NCBI GenBank assembly: GCA_039545335.1
Contig: BCIN01000003.1
Span: 2,489,060 to 2,553,059 of the forward strand
DNA length: 64,000 bases
Source of the DNA: Kondoa subrosea
Taxonomy: Eukaryota
Direction of reading: 5' to 3'
Shown one piece after another: positions 1 to 12,962 of the stretch (position 1 is its first letter; each line of letters opens with the position of its first letter). Made by a program: the position numbers and the translations under genes. Below the pieces are notes generated by a model. It saw nothing but the letters and a program-made list of their open reading frames with translations, did no database searches and was not told the DNA's origin.

Positions 1-144
1 GAAGCAGAACCTTCGTGATCAAGAGGAAATGAACCACGATCTGCAGTATCGCTTTCAGCGTTGCTTCGCCGGTCAAGTTGCTAGCATACCTGGCGCAGCC
101 GCAAGGACAGAGCCAAAATTGTTCGCTGGTCGTCCTACACTCAT
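1..144 (-). CDS. COX19: Cox19 cytochrome c oxidase assembly protein, 5' part (runs off window)
   Basis: Manual splice: ATG at 144 and a ~49-nt GT-AG intron give MSVGRPANNFGSVLAAAPDRGSFPLDHEG; PDRGSFPLDHEG is the Cox19 N-terminal signature. Confidence 0.85.
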
Positions 145-479
145 TGATCGCTACTGGAAGAGCGGCAACTTCATTTCGAATTTGGACCTGCCAATGGGAT
201 GCTTAGTCGAAGTTGCGCTTGTGCGCGTCGATACGAGCTGCAAGTTCCTGACAGGCTGTTGCGTCGCAAAACGCATCCTCAACTTCTGGTCCAGCAGTTC
301 AGTAGGCCAGTGATGATTAGTCAGCAAGTCAAGAGCCTGGCTAGACCTCAGTATGACGCGACAACCAGCAAAATACATTAATGCACTGCAACATAATATT
401 CCTGCTACAATACGAAAGAAAGGCTCTGGGTGTTAGTACTGAAAAAGAGAAATGCGACCCTAATTTGATCCCCTTCAGT

Positions 480-1320
480 CTACCAGACTTCGGAATGATC
501 GTTTTGAATCTTGTGCATAGCTCGGCGCTGTTATGTAGTCGTTAAGCAATCTTCAAAGAATTAAAAGAGCAACACTTACTTCGCGAGTCATGCGCTTCTG
601 GAAACCGTTACTGGGAACAGGAGGGTGATTGGGAACAGAAGTGTAGCTAAGCAAATAGACAATCAAATCAGTATAATTGTGTCATGCGAGGTCAAAGATG
701 AGAGCCAACCCTGCGGTGAAACCTTTCTTGTATTGATCCTGTAAGTCGGCATTGTAACCCTCATCTTGGCGGTCTTCAGTATAGCCGGCGTTGTAACCCT
801 GAAACAAGGGATATCAGCACAGACACATCAATTTCCCGCTAAGAAAAGAGAATCTCACTTGGTTGTACATATCATTGCAAGTGGAAGCAGTTTGGCGAGG
901 AATCATAGCATTCGCGGGAGGTTCATAAGGAGTTGGTTTCTTGTAAGAGCCTCCAGTCTGAGCGGCAACAACACCATCGCTGAAGAAAAAACAATGTTGG
1001 TAAAGCTCAAGGAAGACGCGTCGCGAGACTCACTTGTAACCATCGTTGTAGACACTAGAGCTTCTAGGGCTGGACATTGCGTAAGCTGCGCCATCGTCTA
1101 GACAAAATCAAAACAAAGATGAGCAAGAACGCGTCTATATCAGGAATCCGAATTAGAACCAACTGTAGGCATCGTTGCTTCCGTCATTGTAGCCATTGTT
1201 GTAATCAGTGGCAGTTCCAGCACCACATTGAACATCGGTGCGAGGAGCTCGAGCGACAATGTTGCTGGCGGAAGCGAAAGCAGTCAAAAGACTTAGAGCT
1301 GAAAGGAGTGTGAAGCGCAT
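480..1320 (-). CDS. Small secreted protein (~175 aa) with Y-N-x-G-Y-N-x-G repeats, 6 exons
   Basis: Five phase-consistent GT-AG introns; signal peptide MRFTLLSALSLLTAFASA; repeats DYNNGYNDG, VYNDGYNDG, MYNQGYNAGY, QYKKGFTAGY; ends FQKRMTREIQNDHSEVW*. Not visible in the ORF track. Confidence 0.8.
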
Positions 1321-1990
1321 GATTGGCTAATGTGAGTGTAGTAGTGGTGATAGTTTTGTGTGAAAGTGTATATGGAAGTCGATAACAAGAGAAGGAAACA
1401 AGGAAACAGTCGCGAAAATAGATGTTACCCGGAAGAGTCGGATGTCGTTCAACAGTGTTTCAACGGTATTGAGGTCTATACATAGTCAAAGTCTTGTAAG
1501 CATACGCAGCAGGGCGAGTGCGTTGTAAGACGAGGATGCGATATTCATGTCGACGCGCCGATAACGAGACGAGGCAAAGCGAATGCAGAAGCGAAGGACA
1601 CAGTCATGCTTCATACATTGCCTAACATGCAAGCAGTAGCAGCCACAAAGAGCCAGCTGGTCTTTGTATTGCAACGATAGAGGTATCGCGATAATCGGAA
1701 CGCGACTTTGAACCCTTTGCTGAGCAGATTCTGAAGAGGGTGGGCACGCTGCCATCTTCAATCGTCAGGTGCAGTAAGGAGACTGAACATCAGAAGCCAC
1801 TGCCCATATGCAAGCGGTATTCTTGCTACTACAGCTCAGATGGCTAAATCTGCAGAGAGGGGAATTCGTTCGCACGAGAACAATAGAATCGAGGTTGCAA
1901 GAAGAAGAAAGACAGGGACAGGCCGAAACTAGCAAGTATGCAAAGCAGCTTTCACTGAGAAAGGCTTCTTCTCTTCACAGCCATGAGAAG

Positions 1991-2888
1991 ATGACAGCGC
2001 CGACGAACAACCTTATAGATACATCCGGTGCGACGTCAATATATCGCATGTAGGCGAGGAAGCTGAAGATGGGGATGCAGATCACTCGGCGCAAAGAGAT
2101 ATCGGATCTTTGGCAGCTTGGTCTGTTTCTTCAAGCAAGCCTGGCTATGGTGTGGAACAGTTGATGGATCCCAATTTGGACACTCTCTGGCAGTGCGAAC
2201 TGTTGCGCTTGTATTATCAGTTCAAGCATTGAAATCGTCGAGCAGGAGTGAAGGACCTCAACCTCACTTAGTCAATATTCATTTCCGGAAGAGGATGCCT
2301 ATATGTGTAGGCAACTGTCTTGCGCGCTACGCAGGCTGACAGTGGATTGCTAGCAAATATCTATGTTTGTCGACGTGACCACAGACGATTCTTATACACC
2401 TCAAAAGTTGTCATTGAGGGCTGGCAGCTGCTTTGCTGATCTGCAAGAAGTCAGTCTTCTGATCAATGCAATTATGATGCTGATGAGAAGAACGCAGGTG
2501 AAGATCATTGATCTTGAACAGCCGAGGGGTTGGCAGCATTTCAAGCTAGGCAATGCTGTTGACGCAGAAGAAGATGAAGCCATCAACTATAACGATCCGG
2601 ATGCGTGAGTTAGCGATGATTCTTGTAGTAAACGGGCTCAAGCAGATTCGCTTAGTTTTGCTGTTCGGGCTCAATTGATCCAAATCATTGTATTGGCGAA
2701 TCACCTCAACGGGAAAGATACTCATGTACGGAACATCAAGATCTATGCACCCAAAGAGTGGGCCTTCTCCCAGCGATTACAAGTATTTGACTGATTTGCC
2801 GTTCAGACCGGTCACAAGCGTATTGACCGAAGACGATCTTCCGCCCTTCACAACAGCTATCTTTAAGCAGCATCGAGCTATACGGTAA
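1991..2888 (+). CDS. APC10: Anaphase-promoting complex subunit 10 (Apc10/Doc1); 5' end uncertain
   Basis: Spliced exons give [77 protein letters not shown], and the C-terminal IR tail typical of Apc10. Confidence 0.9.
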
Positions 2889-2939
2889 CAAAACATTGAA
2901 AACTTCAATACATCTATATATATCTGCATTGTACATTCT

Positions 2940-5900
2940 TCATTTCAACGACATCAATCTTACAACAAGTGGTAGCAGAGCTACAGAATCAGAACTAGCT
3001 GTGTAACTAACACAATCGGTATGAATAGCCATATTATGGTTGAAATGTTGCTCGAATTTTGAAAGAGTTGTATCCGGTTTACTGAAATTGATTTCTGACC
3101 ATTCTCCGCCCACTCGCTCCAGATCCGCGATAGCTTGCGTTACTGCGGTGCTGAAGAAGTTCCCAAAACTTATGTACATGTTGCAAGTCGTGACTATCTT
3201 ATGTTGCATCTGCGGCACGACTTGAGCATTGACAATAGAGACAACATTCGCACGTACTCTGAGTAATCGGGAGTTCGTGAGCATACACTCGTTCAAGCAT
3301 GCGTCCAGGAAATCAGAATGATCCTTTAGCAGCCCATCCACTGTGTCTGCTTTAGCCATCTTGGCCAGGAGGGCACGCCAATTGGTTTCCAACACTTCCG
3401 AGACCGCAAAGCCGTACATTTCTTTAACGAATTGCAACATCTTTGTACGTAAAGCAATAGATCTGTTTTTCCATCTTTCGAGTTCAGGATAAGGGGTTTG
3501 TTTTCGCCATGAAGGAGTTTTAGTTTGTTCGATCCAAAGTAAAGTGAGAGTTTGCTCAAGATGTTTTAGTCGCAGAAGATGTCGGAAGATGAATTGATAC
3601 TTGAGAATAGTTTTGCGTGAGATGATCAAAGATAGAGGGAAAGTAACATGGTAGTCCAAAGTGAGAGCATCGATGCCTAGCAATTCTTTCTTGTCTTCTT
3701 TGCTGGAAGAGGCAGCTTCTTCTCGTTTGGCATCTTCCGCATCTAAGCCATCTGGAAGTCCATCGCTGGGGCCATAACCCTTGACGCTGACCACTCGCAT
3801 GAGTAAATCCGTCAGCGAATCCGACATTAGCGCAACTTTGACATCTTCTTTGAACGGATCGCCGGAAGAAGAACTGCTTGGATTTCGAATTGCCAGATCG
3901 AGCAGACTTTGGAGTTTGGTAATGGAGACATTCTTGGCTTTCTTACCCAATTCATGTGATGCTAGATCTAGGAAATGCGTGAAGGAATCGCCCTGGTCCA
4001 GGAAGAATTGATGCTTGATTGACTGCAAGCGAGAGATGAGCTGCTGATCCTTGACCAACAATTGTAGGAGAGTACGGTTGGCATATGTATAAGCTATGTC
4101 GATGCGGTTGTAAAAGCTGCCGTAGTTTGGATTAGCTGATGTGAAAGGATGAAAAACAATGACAAACCTTGGTTCATCCATTCGTATCAAAGAACCGGTT
4201 GAAGAAACAGCTTCCGGTATCTTTATATCTCTGCCACATTCCCTTATCACATTGAGGTACTTGCCAGCGAGTAAAATCTTCGCTCTCCAAGGTTCCAGGA
4301 AATCAGGTATAACAGATCCACCTCCCAAGCCTTTTTCTCTCGCTTGTTTCCTGCTACTGATATACCCACTACTAGCAGCTTTTGACGACGAGTTCTTGTT
4401 GTTGGAAGAGGCAGAAACATCTCGAAGCGTATATCTTCTTTCCCAGTATTCATCTTCGTAGTCCGATTCCAGCGAACCTCTAGAAATGGATTTCGTTTCC
4501 TTGATCATGAACTCTTCATGTGGATCCACCAAAGCTCCGGTAGAGATCCACTGAACCAACATATTCATATAAGGTTGACCAGCTTTCAATAATAAATTTG
4601 AGTAGAGTACTACAGCTGAAGGATCTCCAGAATGCAATTGCAAACGCTCATATAGGACTGAAAGCGTTTCTCCTCCTTTTACAGGTCCACCAGATCTCCA
4701 AATAGCTGCTAGGTTCGGTTCAGAGGCTGACGAAGTTTTTGAAGGTTTATTCATTTCTGCTAAAACTGCTTTGAGACCATCAGCACCTGGTCCTGCGTAA
4801 TCCGATTCATCGTCTGAGTTGTTTTGAGATGAAGCAGAAGATGAGGAAGAAGGAGCGGGTTCTATAGGGGAGGAAAGCAGTTCGACGGTTAATTGATGTA
4901 TGAGTGATAGAGTGTGCAGAGTTGGGTGAATATGATACCAGAAGCGTTGTAAAGTGAAAGAAGGAGCGGTATTGAATTGATGTTCGATTTGAGCGAGTAA
5001 AGTAAGGTATTCTTTAAGGATATCCCGAATGGCTGCGCATAGAGCATGATTGATCAGGCCAAATTGTAAGTGAGATTGTTGTGATACGAAAGCTTCTATA
5101 GCTGTGTAGTATGTTGCAAGAGGAAGGATTCGGTCGGTAAGATTGCGAAGGGATGGGTCTAGTGCTGGTGAAATGACAAAGCGAGCTCCGCTGAGCCGAT
5201 CTATCTCGTCTTCTGGCGAGTATTCTGGATCGAACTCTATAAGTTCTCCTTCGATGCCCTGTATTTATTTCAGCACGATCTACCTAATAGGGATTTATTT
5301 CTCACCATAAGCACGAATAGTAAATCTTCAACGATCATAGCTTCTTGCAGCTCAATACTGACACCTTCTAGATCTGGTAAAGGTGAACCGTCTGCCTCTA
5401 CTTCTCCATTCACTTCTTCTTCTGCCCACAATTCATCTTGCAGCTTGACTTCTCTGAGTGAAGTGCGCATGTTTATTGATTTCCGCAATATGTTATTATT
5501 CCGTGGAGAGGGCGGAGGCACACGAGAATTGAGAGGAGCAGACATGAAAGCTTGTGTAGCAATAAAAGAAGCCTCTTGTACCGGCGCAAGTTCAACCACA
5601 GCTCTTGCTTTTCCTTTATCTCTCTGCCTTCTTCGAGGCCCATCTTGCGCTTCTGTATCGCTTGCACCAGCTACACTTTGTCTTGATGATTTGCGAAAGA
5701 GACCATTGACGGAAGGAGGTCTAGCTTGCTGATGTGAATTGACGCTTGAAGCATCACTTGGTTTGCGCGTTGCAGAAGCCAAATTATCACTGATTTTATT
5801 CAATTGTCTTGCTGAGAGACCTCCGAAACGTGCATTGGAACCTTTGAGCAGGCTCGGTGTAGCAAGCAGGTTCTCGCGGTTTATGGTGTTATGCGACGAA

Positions 5901-5971
5901 GCAACCGAAGCTGGTCTTTCTCTTCCTGAGTGCACGCTAGATCTCGAGGAAGGCCTCTCCCGTGTAGACAT
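2940..5971 (-). CDS. SPC97: Gamma-tubulin complex component GCP2 (Spc97/Alp4)
   Basis: ORFs 5270-5971 and 2940-4754: QEAMIVEDLLFVLM, YWERRYTLR, KILLAGKYLNVIRECG, LDYHVTFPLSLIISRKTILKYQFIFRHL, FLDACLNECMLT. Confidence 0.9.
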
Positions 5972-6175
5972 AGTAGGACAGAAAGCAGGCTGTGGCCGTC
6001 GCAGTCAAACCATCGCACAGGAATTCTGACTTCTTCTTATGCCAACACGAGCGCGTTGTTTTGTCTCGGCTTGTGCTGTTCAAATATACCCAGGCCTCTC
6101 GTTACCCTGCAGAGCCTTCTAGGCGAGATACCAGTGTTGCAGCACTTTGTTGATTTTTACGAAACCTGAAACGAA

Positions 6176-9100
6176 ATGCAAGCAAGAGACTTGAACGACT
6201 TGTATGGCATTACAGACAATCGCTGCGATTCCGATCTGATGCGGGATGTAGAGCTACCTTCTCGAAACAGCAGAGCAAGATCGAAGAGTTTGTAGACCAA
6301 CTCAAGCTGCTTGGTACAGTTATCATGTCTTCTGCGGTGTACAACTATTCATGCGACCCATTCAGGCACTCTCAAACCATTGGAACCTTCCCCTCCTGCG
6401 GCAAGTCCCATCGCAAAGCAGAAACTGGCAGTCTGGATTGCTGAAATTGATGCGTTGTACTTGGAAGTTGAGCGACTGGAAACGGGTGATTTGGGTAGAT
6501 TAAGACACCTGGCAAAGGCTGCATCAGAGAAAGAAGGACTGAATGCACGAGAAGTGGATTTGGTTGAAGTCGTGCTGGCAACGCTTTTCGCTTTGGACAA
6601 ACTCTTTCACCTGCTGAGATCAAGATCCCGTAATCTGGATCTCCTCGCTCTTCGCATACAGTGAGCATCGTTCATAGCGATTCAGATCTCGCTAACATTT
6701 AGTTCAGATGGGATGAACAATGCGCACATATCACCAAAGAAGCCACAGCACTATCTCTCGATGTGCCCAAATTTATCCGCAAAGCTCGATGGTCACCACC
6801 GGATGAAGCAGCAACGCAACGCAATCGACGTGCTTCGCAAACCTCTCCAACCAAATCTCCTTCGCTTCTCGGTCCAGTAGCCAAAGCATCACCTCTAGGA
6901 GGAGGTCAAACATCTTCTATCATGGCGAGAAGGATGAGGCAAGATATTCTGTTGCTCGACCAAGCAAGACATAATCAAAGAATCCATTCACTTTCTCATG
7001 CTTTGACTGAAGCTGCTGGCAAGACTTTGGATAAGATGATTGATCTTTCTCCTGTTCGGCTACCTGACTCTTTCCTTGATGTACAAGAGAAGCTGGAAGA
7101 CGACACCTCTGCCCAGACTCGAGGATTAGCGAATTTCCTCAGCACAATCGTCACTCAGTGGAAGCTGGCGGACGAGATTTATTGGTCAGCTACTGAAGGA
7201 GTTCAAGCCAAAGCGGAAGAAATACAACGGGAACTTGAAGCTGCTTTACTCAAAGAACCAGACGAAGCCATGTCTGCTTACTTTCAAGCTCAATACAATG
7301 AACTCGATAATCTACTTCGTCAACTACGTAAAGACCTTGACGCTGTTCCTCAACCTCATCATTCAAGCATGCCGGATCAACCCGCAGCGTCATTGTCATT
7401 GATAGCAAGCCTAAACAAAGCTCTCGCGAACGCGGCAACAGCTCTAGCGAAGACTTTGGATCTCATCAAAACATATCGTCGAGCTGCAACAGCTTTATCC
7501 AAATGTATCACCTACAGAGCTGCCTGCGAAGCAAGTACCGAAACTTTCAATTCTCTTAGTCGATCTCTGAACGGCACCATGGCCAATCTTCCTTCACTAG
7601 ATAGCGAATCGTGCATCGAATCTATCGATCCCCAAGAAAACGCTACTACAAGCAAGATCTCAGAAATCGCTGCCCGGATACGTCAAGAAACCGTCGGAGC
7701 TCAAGTACTCAACAAAGATGCCAGCGCCGCTTTAGTAGATTTATGGATAGTCAGCGGAGTAGATCCCAACATCAAGAGATCTTTACGAGATGTAGCTCAA
7801 GCTTTGTTGGACGCTTCAAATCGAGCCAATGCTTTAGTCAAGCAATCAGAAAAGCATCGAATCACGCTCGATTTGGCCAGATTCTTCCAGAGGACAGTAG
7901 AAGAATGTTTTGTTAACATCAGATGCACCAAGGAAGTGCTACAGAGAGAAGTCAACAAAGCTTATTGGAGTCCTGAAAAAGGCAAGAATCGAGATTTGGT
8001 CGATACTCAAGCTGTGGTGGATCAACTTCGAATTCTAATAGATGATAAGCTGCTTCCTCCAATGGTTCAAGCCGATGTCTTGAAGATGCCTGCAAGATAT
8101 CCTCGCTTATTCAAGTATCTTGAGCTAGGCGCTTCTCGGGTGCGGGAGAAATTTGAGGGAATTCTTCAGCTGCTGGATCGATATCGGGACGCGTGTGAAC
8201 AATGCCAGCAAGTTGAGGAAGCGATGGACCGAATGTCCGCAGCCGAGAATCGCTTGAAGGGACTCGCTACTTCGGGTTCGGACCTTGCCAAATCTCCAAA
8301 GTTCTCGTCAGAGTCACTCGCAACATATCTTTACCAGCTGGAAAAAGAAGCTAAAGCGCTCGAGTCCATGTCTGAACAGCATTCGCAAGTTGGCATGGTT
8401 TATACTTCGCATCTCACAGCTCGCCCAGACGCTATCTTGCCCCTCGCCACAGCCTCAGCTTCGTTTGCCCTTAAAGTGGATCTTCGACCTGTCGCCGGCA
8501 GCTCACCTAATCACCAGACTGGTATTTCAGATCTGGCGCTGCAAGATGAACTAGTCAGAACAGCCATAAATACTCAAACGCTCAAGCTTGATGCCTGCCT
8601 GGACGAGTGCCATCGGATCAAGAACCATCTTACTAGACTCTTAGAGGTCTCCTCCCTCGGCACAGAGATCGAGCCATTATGCAAGAACTTAATTGATATT
8701 CAACTTCAAGTGTCTCTACTATCCTCTTCCAGCACCACTCCTCAATCTCATCTGGAATCATTGCAGTCTATAACAGGGATGATTCAGTCGTTGCAAAGCT
8801 CAGTGTTGCTCCTCCAGGATCGTCAGTCTGATCTTCTGCAAGGAGTCGATCATACTTCGCCCATCATTGCCATGCAACCTGCGCAAACGGAAGAACTAGC
8901 AAATGACCTGGCAAAATTAGCTAACGAGGTTCAACAGCAACAGTCACAATGTAGAGCCGCTTTATCAGCGGAAGAACAGCAGAACGCCGAGCAGGCATTG
9001 TTGGATGCGCAAGAAGCTGCTTCAGCAGCGGAAAGGCTGCGACAGGAAGACAAGCAGCGAGCATCTTTCGGCGCACTGAAAGTGAAAGCGGAAAGTCTTC

Positions 9101-12080
9101 AATCTGAAATATCCCAGAAATTCCAGGTACTGCAAGAACTTCTGCGCGATCTGGAAACTATTGAAGTAAGCTCTGTCTCGCTGATTTCTCAAAGCGATTG
9201 CTGATCCGCATTTAGGCACCTAGCGATCTGGAGCAGCTTCAGAGCCGGCTTCATGAAGTAACAGGCACGATATCGAAGCTACAAACTTCAGGCGCAGAAT
9301 TCGAACACGAATTAGCATTGCTGTCGGAACACACCATCTATTGCACTGAAGAATATCAGACCTTGCAAGCATTGAAGCATGATTTGCTCGCGACTCTTGG
9401 CAAGCTTGAACATGATCTCACAATGTCATCGTCAGCGCTTTCAAAAAAAGGCGCCGAACTTCTCGCGTGGCAGAAGCAGGAAGAACAGCTTGCAGCCGAG
9501 AAAGCAGCAGAATCAGATCGAAAGGCGCTCTTGCAAGAGGTGCTTGGTATGCAGACTTCACTAGAAACTCATTTCGCAACGATCGAAGTCTTTCTAGCCG
9601 AAACTGAGCAGATCATCACTGCCGACCAAGATGTATGGCAAAGCGCAAGTCATACTATGAAAGAGCATCTGGACGTATCTGCAAAGGCCTTCCGTCATTT
9701 TCAAGCTCGATTGGGCGTACTGCAATCTGAATATCCAAGTCATGTCGAAGCTGACACAAGCAGACTCTCTGTGCTTATTCAATATCGCGACGATACAGCT
9801 CGTCGAATAAATCAATATCCCGGAACCTGGACTGCGCTGGAAATTCAGCGGAACACCGAGCTTGCACAATTGGAGGCGGCCAGGATGGCAGCTCTACGAG
9901 CCGAGGAACTTCTCAGACAAGAGGAGGAAGCTGCAGCAGCTCGAAAAGCTGCTTGGCAGCAGCAGTATACCGAGGTTGTGGACGAGATCGAAGGACTTCA
10001 GCAGACCTGCTCGGCTTGTGAGACAGCTGTGAAAGATCTAGCGCAATTTTACTCTGCCGACGAGTACTACGAAGACCTGGCGACGCCAATGGAATTGCTG
10101 AGTTCGAAGGAAGAAACTATATATTCGCTGAGAATGCGTTTGTCTGAATTACAACAAGCTGTCAATCTGCTCTCGCAAGACGTATTGCCTGGTATCGAAG
10201 ACCCTGCTCCTCTGTTCGCAAATTTGGCAATTGCTTCGACGCAGATCGGAAGAATACCTGATCAAATCGCTACTCTCAAAGAACGACTCTCACAATTGGC
10301 TTCTCGACGAGCTACGGATGCAGAACAGGAAGATCTGTTCGCATCGTCCGAGACAAGTTTACGCGCGCAAAGCTCGAGCCGGCCTGAATTGCGGCAGGAT
10401 GCATCCACACATGAAGACGTGTCTCCTACACCTCGGCGACTTTCATCCCTTCGCGGACATCTTGACGAGCTTGAAAGCAGCTACACCAGCAGTCTGAAGC
10501 GGTCGGTCGCTCTACCATCCATCGATCAAGCGAGTTTAAGGGAGAGAGAACTATCTCTTCTTTCTTCGCAATTTGAAGCTCTGAGAGAAGACGAATCGCT
10601 AGACGATGTCACCCGTCAGCACCTTGGGAACAACATTCAGTCAATCACCTTGCAAGCTGCTTCCTTCACTCGGCTTGCGCGCTTCAAAATGCAAGCCGAC
10701 AGCTGTAACGGGATGTAAGTTCGATTTATATCGATTGACGAAGTAGATGCTCATCAGAATTGGCAGACTCTCAAATCTGCTGGAGGCCATCGACAATCAT
10801 TCTTTGACCTCGACCCCGAATATTGGATCGAGTACCATAAACCCTTTGGAAGCTAGTCAAAGCTACTCTGCACTACATGAGGTCTTGCGAAACGCGTCTT
10901 TAGCTATGAGCGACCTCGACGAAGCTTCTAGGCCGGTACAGGATGACGAGCGCGTGGCTACGAGCTTGAAAAGAATCGATACAGGTCCGTCCTAAATCGC
11001 TGTATTTGATGTTTTGACTGAGATTGTCGTAGTCTGGCAAGAAATGAGCAGCCTTGCTGCGGAGAAACTGCAAGACGACCCTTCTGAACATGGCCGAAGA
11101 AAGGCCCCATCAATAGATTCTGGCTACGCTGGCACAATACGCTCTGTATCAGATGCTCGCGTATTTGCTCGACCTGCTGTTCCATCATCACGAAGGTCAA
11201 TCTCAGCCTCGACTTCGATGTCCCACATCCCGAAGTCAACTTCTTTGAGCAAGATCCCCACTCTTTCAACCAGAACTCGTAAAATCAGTCAACAAAGCTC
11301 TCGATCATCTTCTTTGCGGCAATCGCAGTCCATGAGGTCCTTCATGTCACTGAACGAGGTTGATGAATTTGGCCACTTGAAAACTAGTCAACGTCCGCTG
11401 TCAGCGAGAAGTGCGGGCGACCCTATTTCGACACCTGTACGAAGAACATACGGATCTATCGGACTCAAAAACAGCCATGTACCTCCAAGTCCTTCTACGA
11501 CAATTAGTTCTATCGGAGCACCAATGCGTCGCAGTTCTTCTGCTCGAAGTATCTCAAATACTAGCGCGAGTATGCGGCGCAGCTCTTCAGCGCGAAGCTT
11601 GAGTGAAGTTCCGAAAACATTTTACAAAGCCAGCAAACATAGAACATTGGACAAAGAAATTGCAAAGATAGTGAACAATATCCCTGTCGAGATTCCTATC
11701 GTACCGCATCAAGATGATTTCCAAGACAGCAGCGGAAGATATCTGATTGCTGGAAAGCTATATTACTGCCGCATTCTGCGATCAAGTGCTGTCATGGTAC
11801 GGGTTGGAGGAGGTAAGCAGAACATCCATATCTTTTGGGAGACAGAGCAGCCCATACAATGTTTCGTTCAGGTTGGGCGAATCTGGAAGACTTCCTCCAG
11901 AGCCACTTCTCGCATTTGGCTGAAAGGAATGAAACCAAAGAAGAAAGGATTGCGACCATCAAGAAGCAATCGCCGACGCATTGGACAAATGGACGTAAAG
12001 TCAGTGGTCCTGCTGATGCTACAATGCTTGCTTTGCTGCAGCCTTCGCATGATGGTTCGCCCGGAAGTCGCTGGAGATGA
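6176..12080 (+). CDS. Very large (~1,800 aa est.) coiled-coil protein with C-terminal GAR/GAS2 microtubule-binding domain
   Basis: Chain of same-strand ORFs (6311, 6763-9204, 9318-10718, 10747, 11014, 11835) separated by short introns; helical E/Q/L/A-rich rod; C-terminal GRYLIAGKLYYCRILRSSAVMVRVGGG|WANLEDFL matches the GAS2 signature. Confidence 0.8.
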
Positions 12081-12261
12081 TCGTTTCCATATCTGCTCAA
12101 TCTTGGTTGTATATTTCTTGTATTAGAGGTTCCTTAATAGATGTACAGAGTAATGGCACCACCATATTGTAGAGGTTAGCCTGTTCCTGATCTCGGCAAC
12201 CCATTCCTGAAATTCTGGCAGATCTGCATTATTTTCCGCTCTTCTTTCCAAACCATCCAGC

Positions 12262-12962
12262 ATGTCAACTTTCGCTCAAACTACATACAACTATTCGCTC
12301 TGGTCTGTTCCAGCAGGATGGGTCACTGCTAGTGAGTTTCTTTGTTTCAGCTTGAATGACGTCCAGTCCTGATTATCTTTTGTGGCCATAGTGATCCCAC
12401 ATTTCTATGCTGTATCCTTGATGGGCAAGGAGTTCCATAACTCAGCGTACGTATAGGCAATGCCTTGAATCCGTCTAGTCGTTTCTCAGATTTCGTCCTC
12501 TCTCTCACACAGGCCTCGTCAATCGATCGCTGCCCTTCAAAGGATCGAGAAGCCTTCCGCACTACAGAGACGGATTCTTGTGAGTCTATCTTTCGATGTC
12601 ATGACAATCTGGCAAGAGAACTGATTGAACGGGAACGAAAAGCGAGCGGAAGCTGCCCAACAGAATGGCCATGAAAACCTAGGACTATTCGCTGCCGGAG
12701 TCGTAGCAATGAATGTCGCCCGTCTACCATCAGATACTGCAAACAAACTCGCTGCAGCTTATATCGCTTTAAGATTCCTCTACAATTATCTCTATGTCAG
12801 CATCGAATCTGACAGTGCAGCCAACTTGCGATCCATCGTCTATGTCAGTAGTATTGGCGTTATCTGTAAGTCGTCATTAGCTAGTTATGCAAATCTTCTT
12901 ATTATGTTTGTATAGCTACCATGTTCATCAAGTCGGCATCTGCTCTTTCAAATGCTTGGTAG
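12262..12962 (+). CDS. MAPEG family membrane protein
   Basis: Spliced: MSTFAQTTYNYSLWSVPAGWVTAMIPHFYA...RAEAAQQNGHENLGLFAAGVVAMNVARLP...RFLYNYLYV...RSIVY. Confidence 0.8.

Noticed and set aside
29..381. Plus- and minus-strand ORFs of 60-94 aa at the window start
   Set aside because: No recognisable protein; the region is explained by the spliced COX19 5' end on the minus strand and its promoter.
2028..2053. Apparent 26-nt intron that would link ATG 1991 to the APC10 frame
   Set aside because: Much shorter than other introns here, and alternative upstream exon models exist; the APC10 start is left unresolved.
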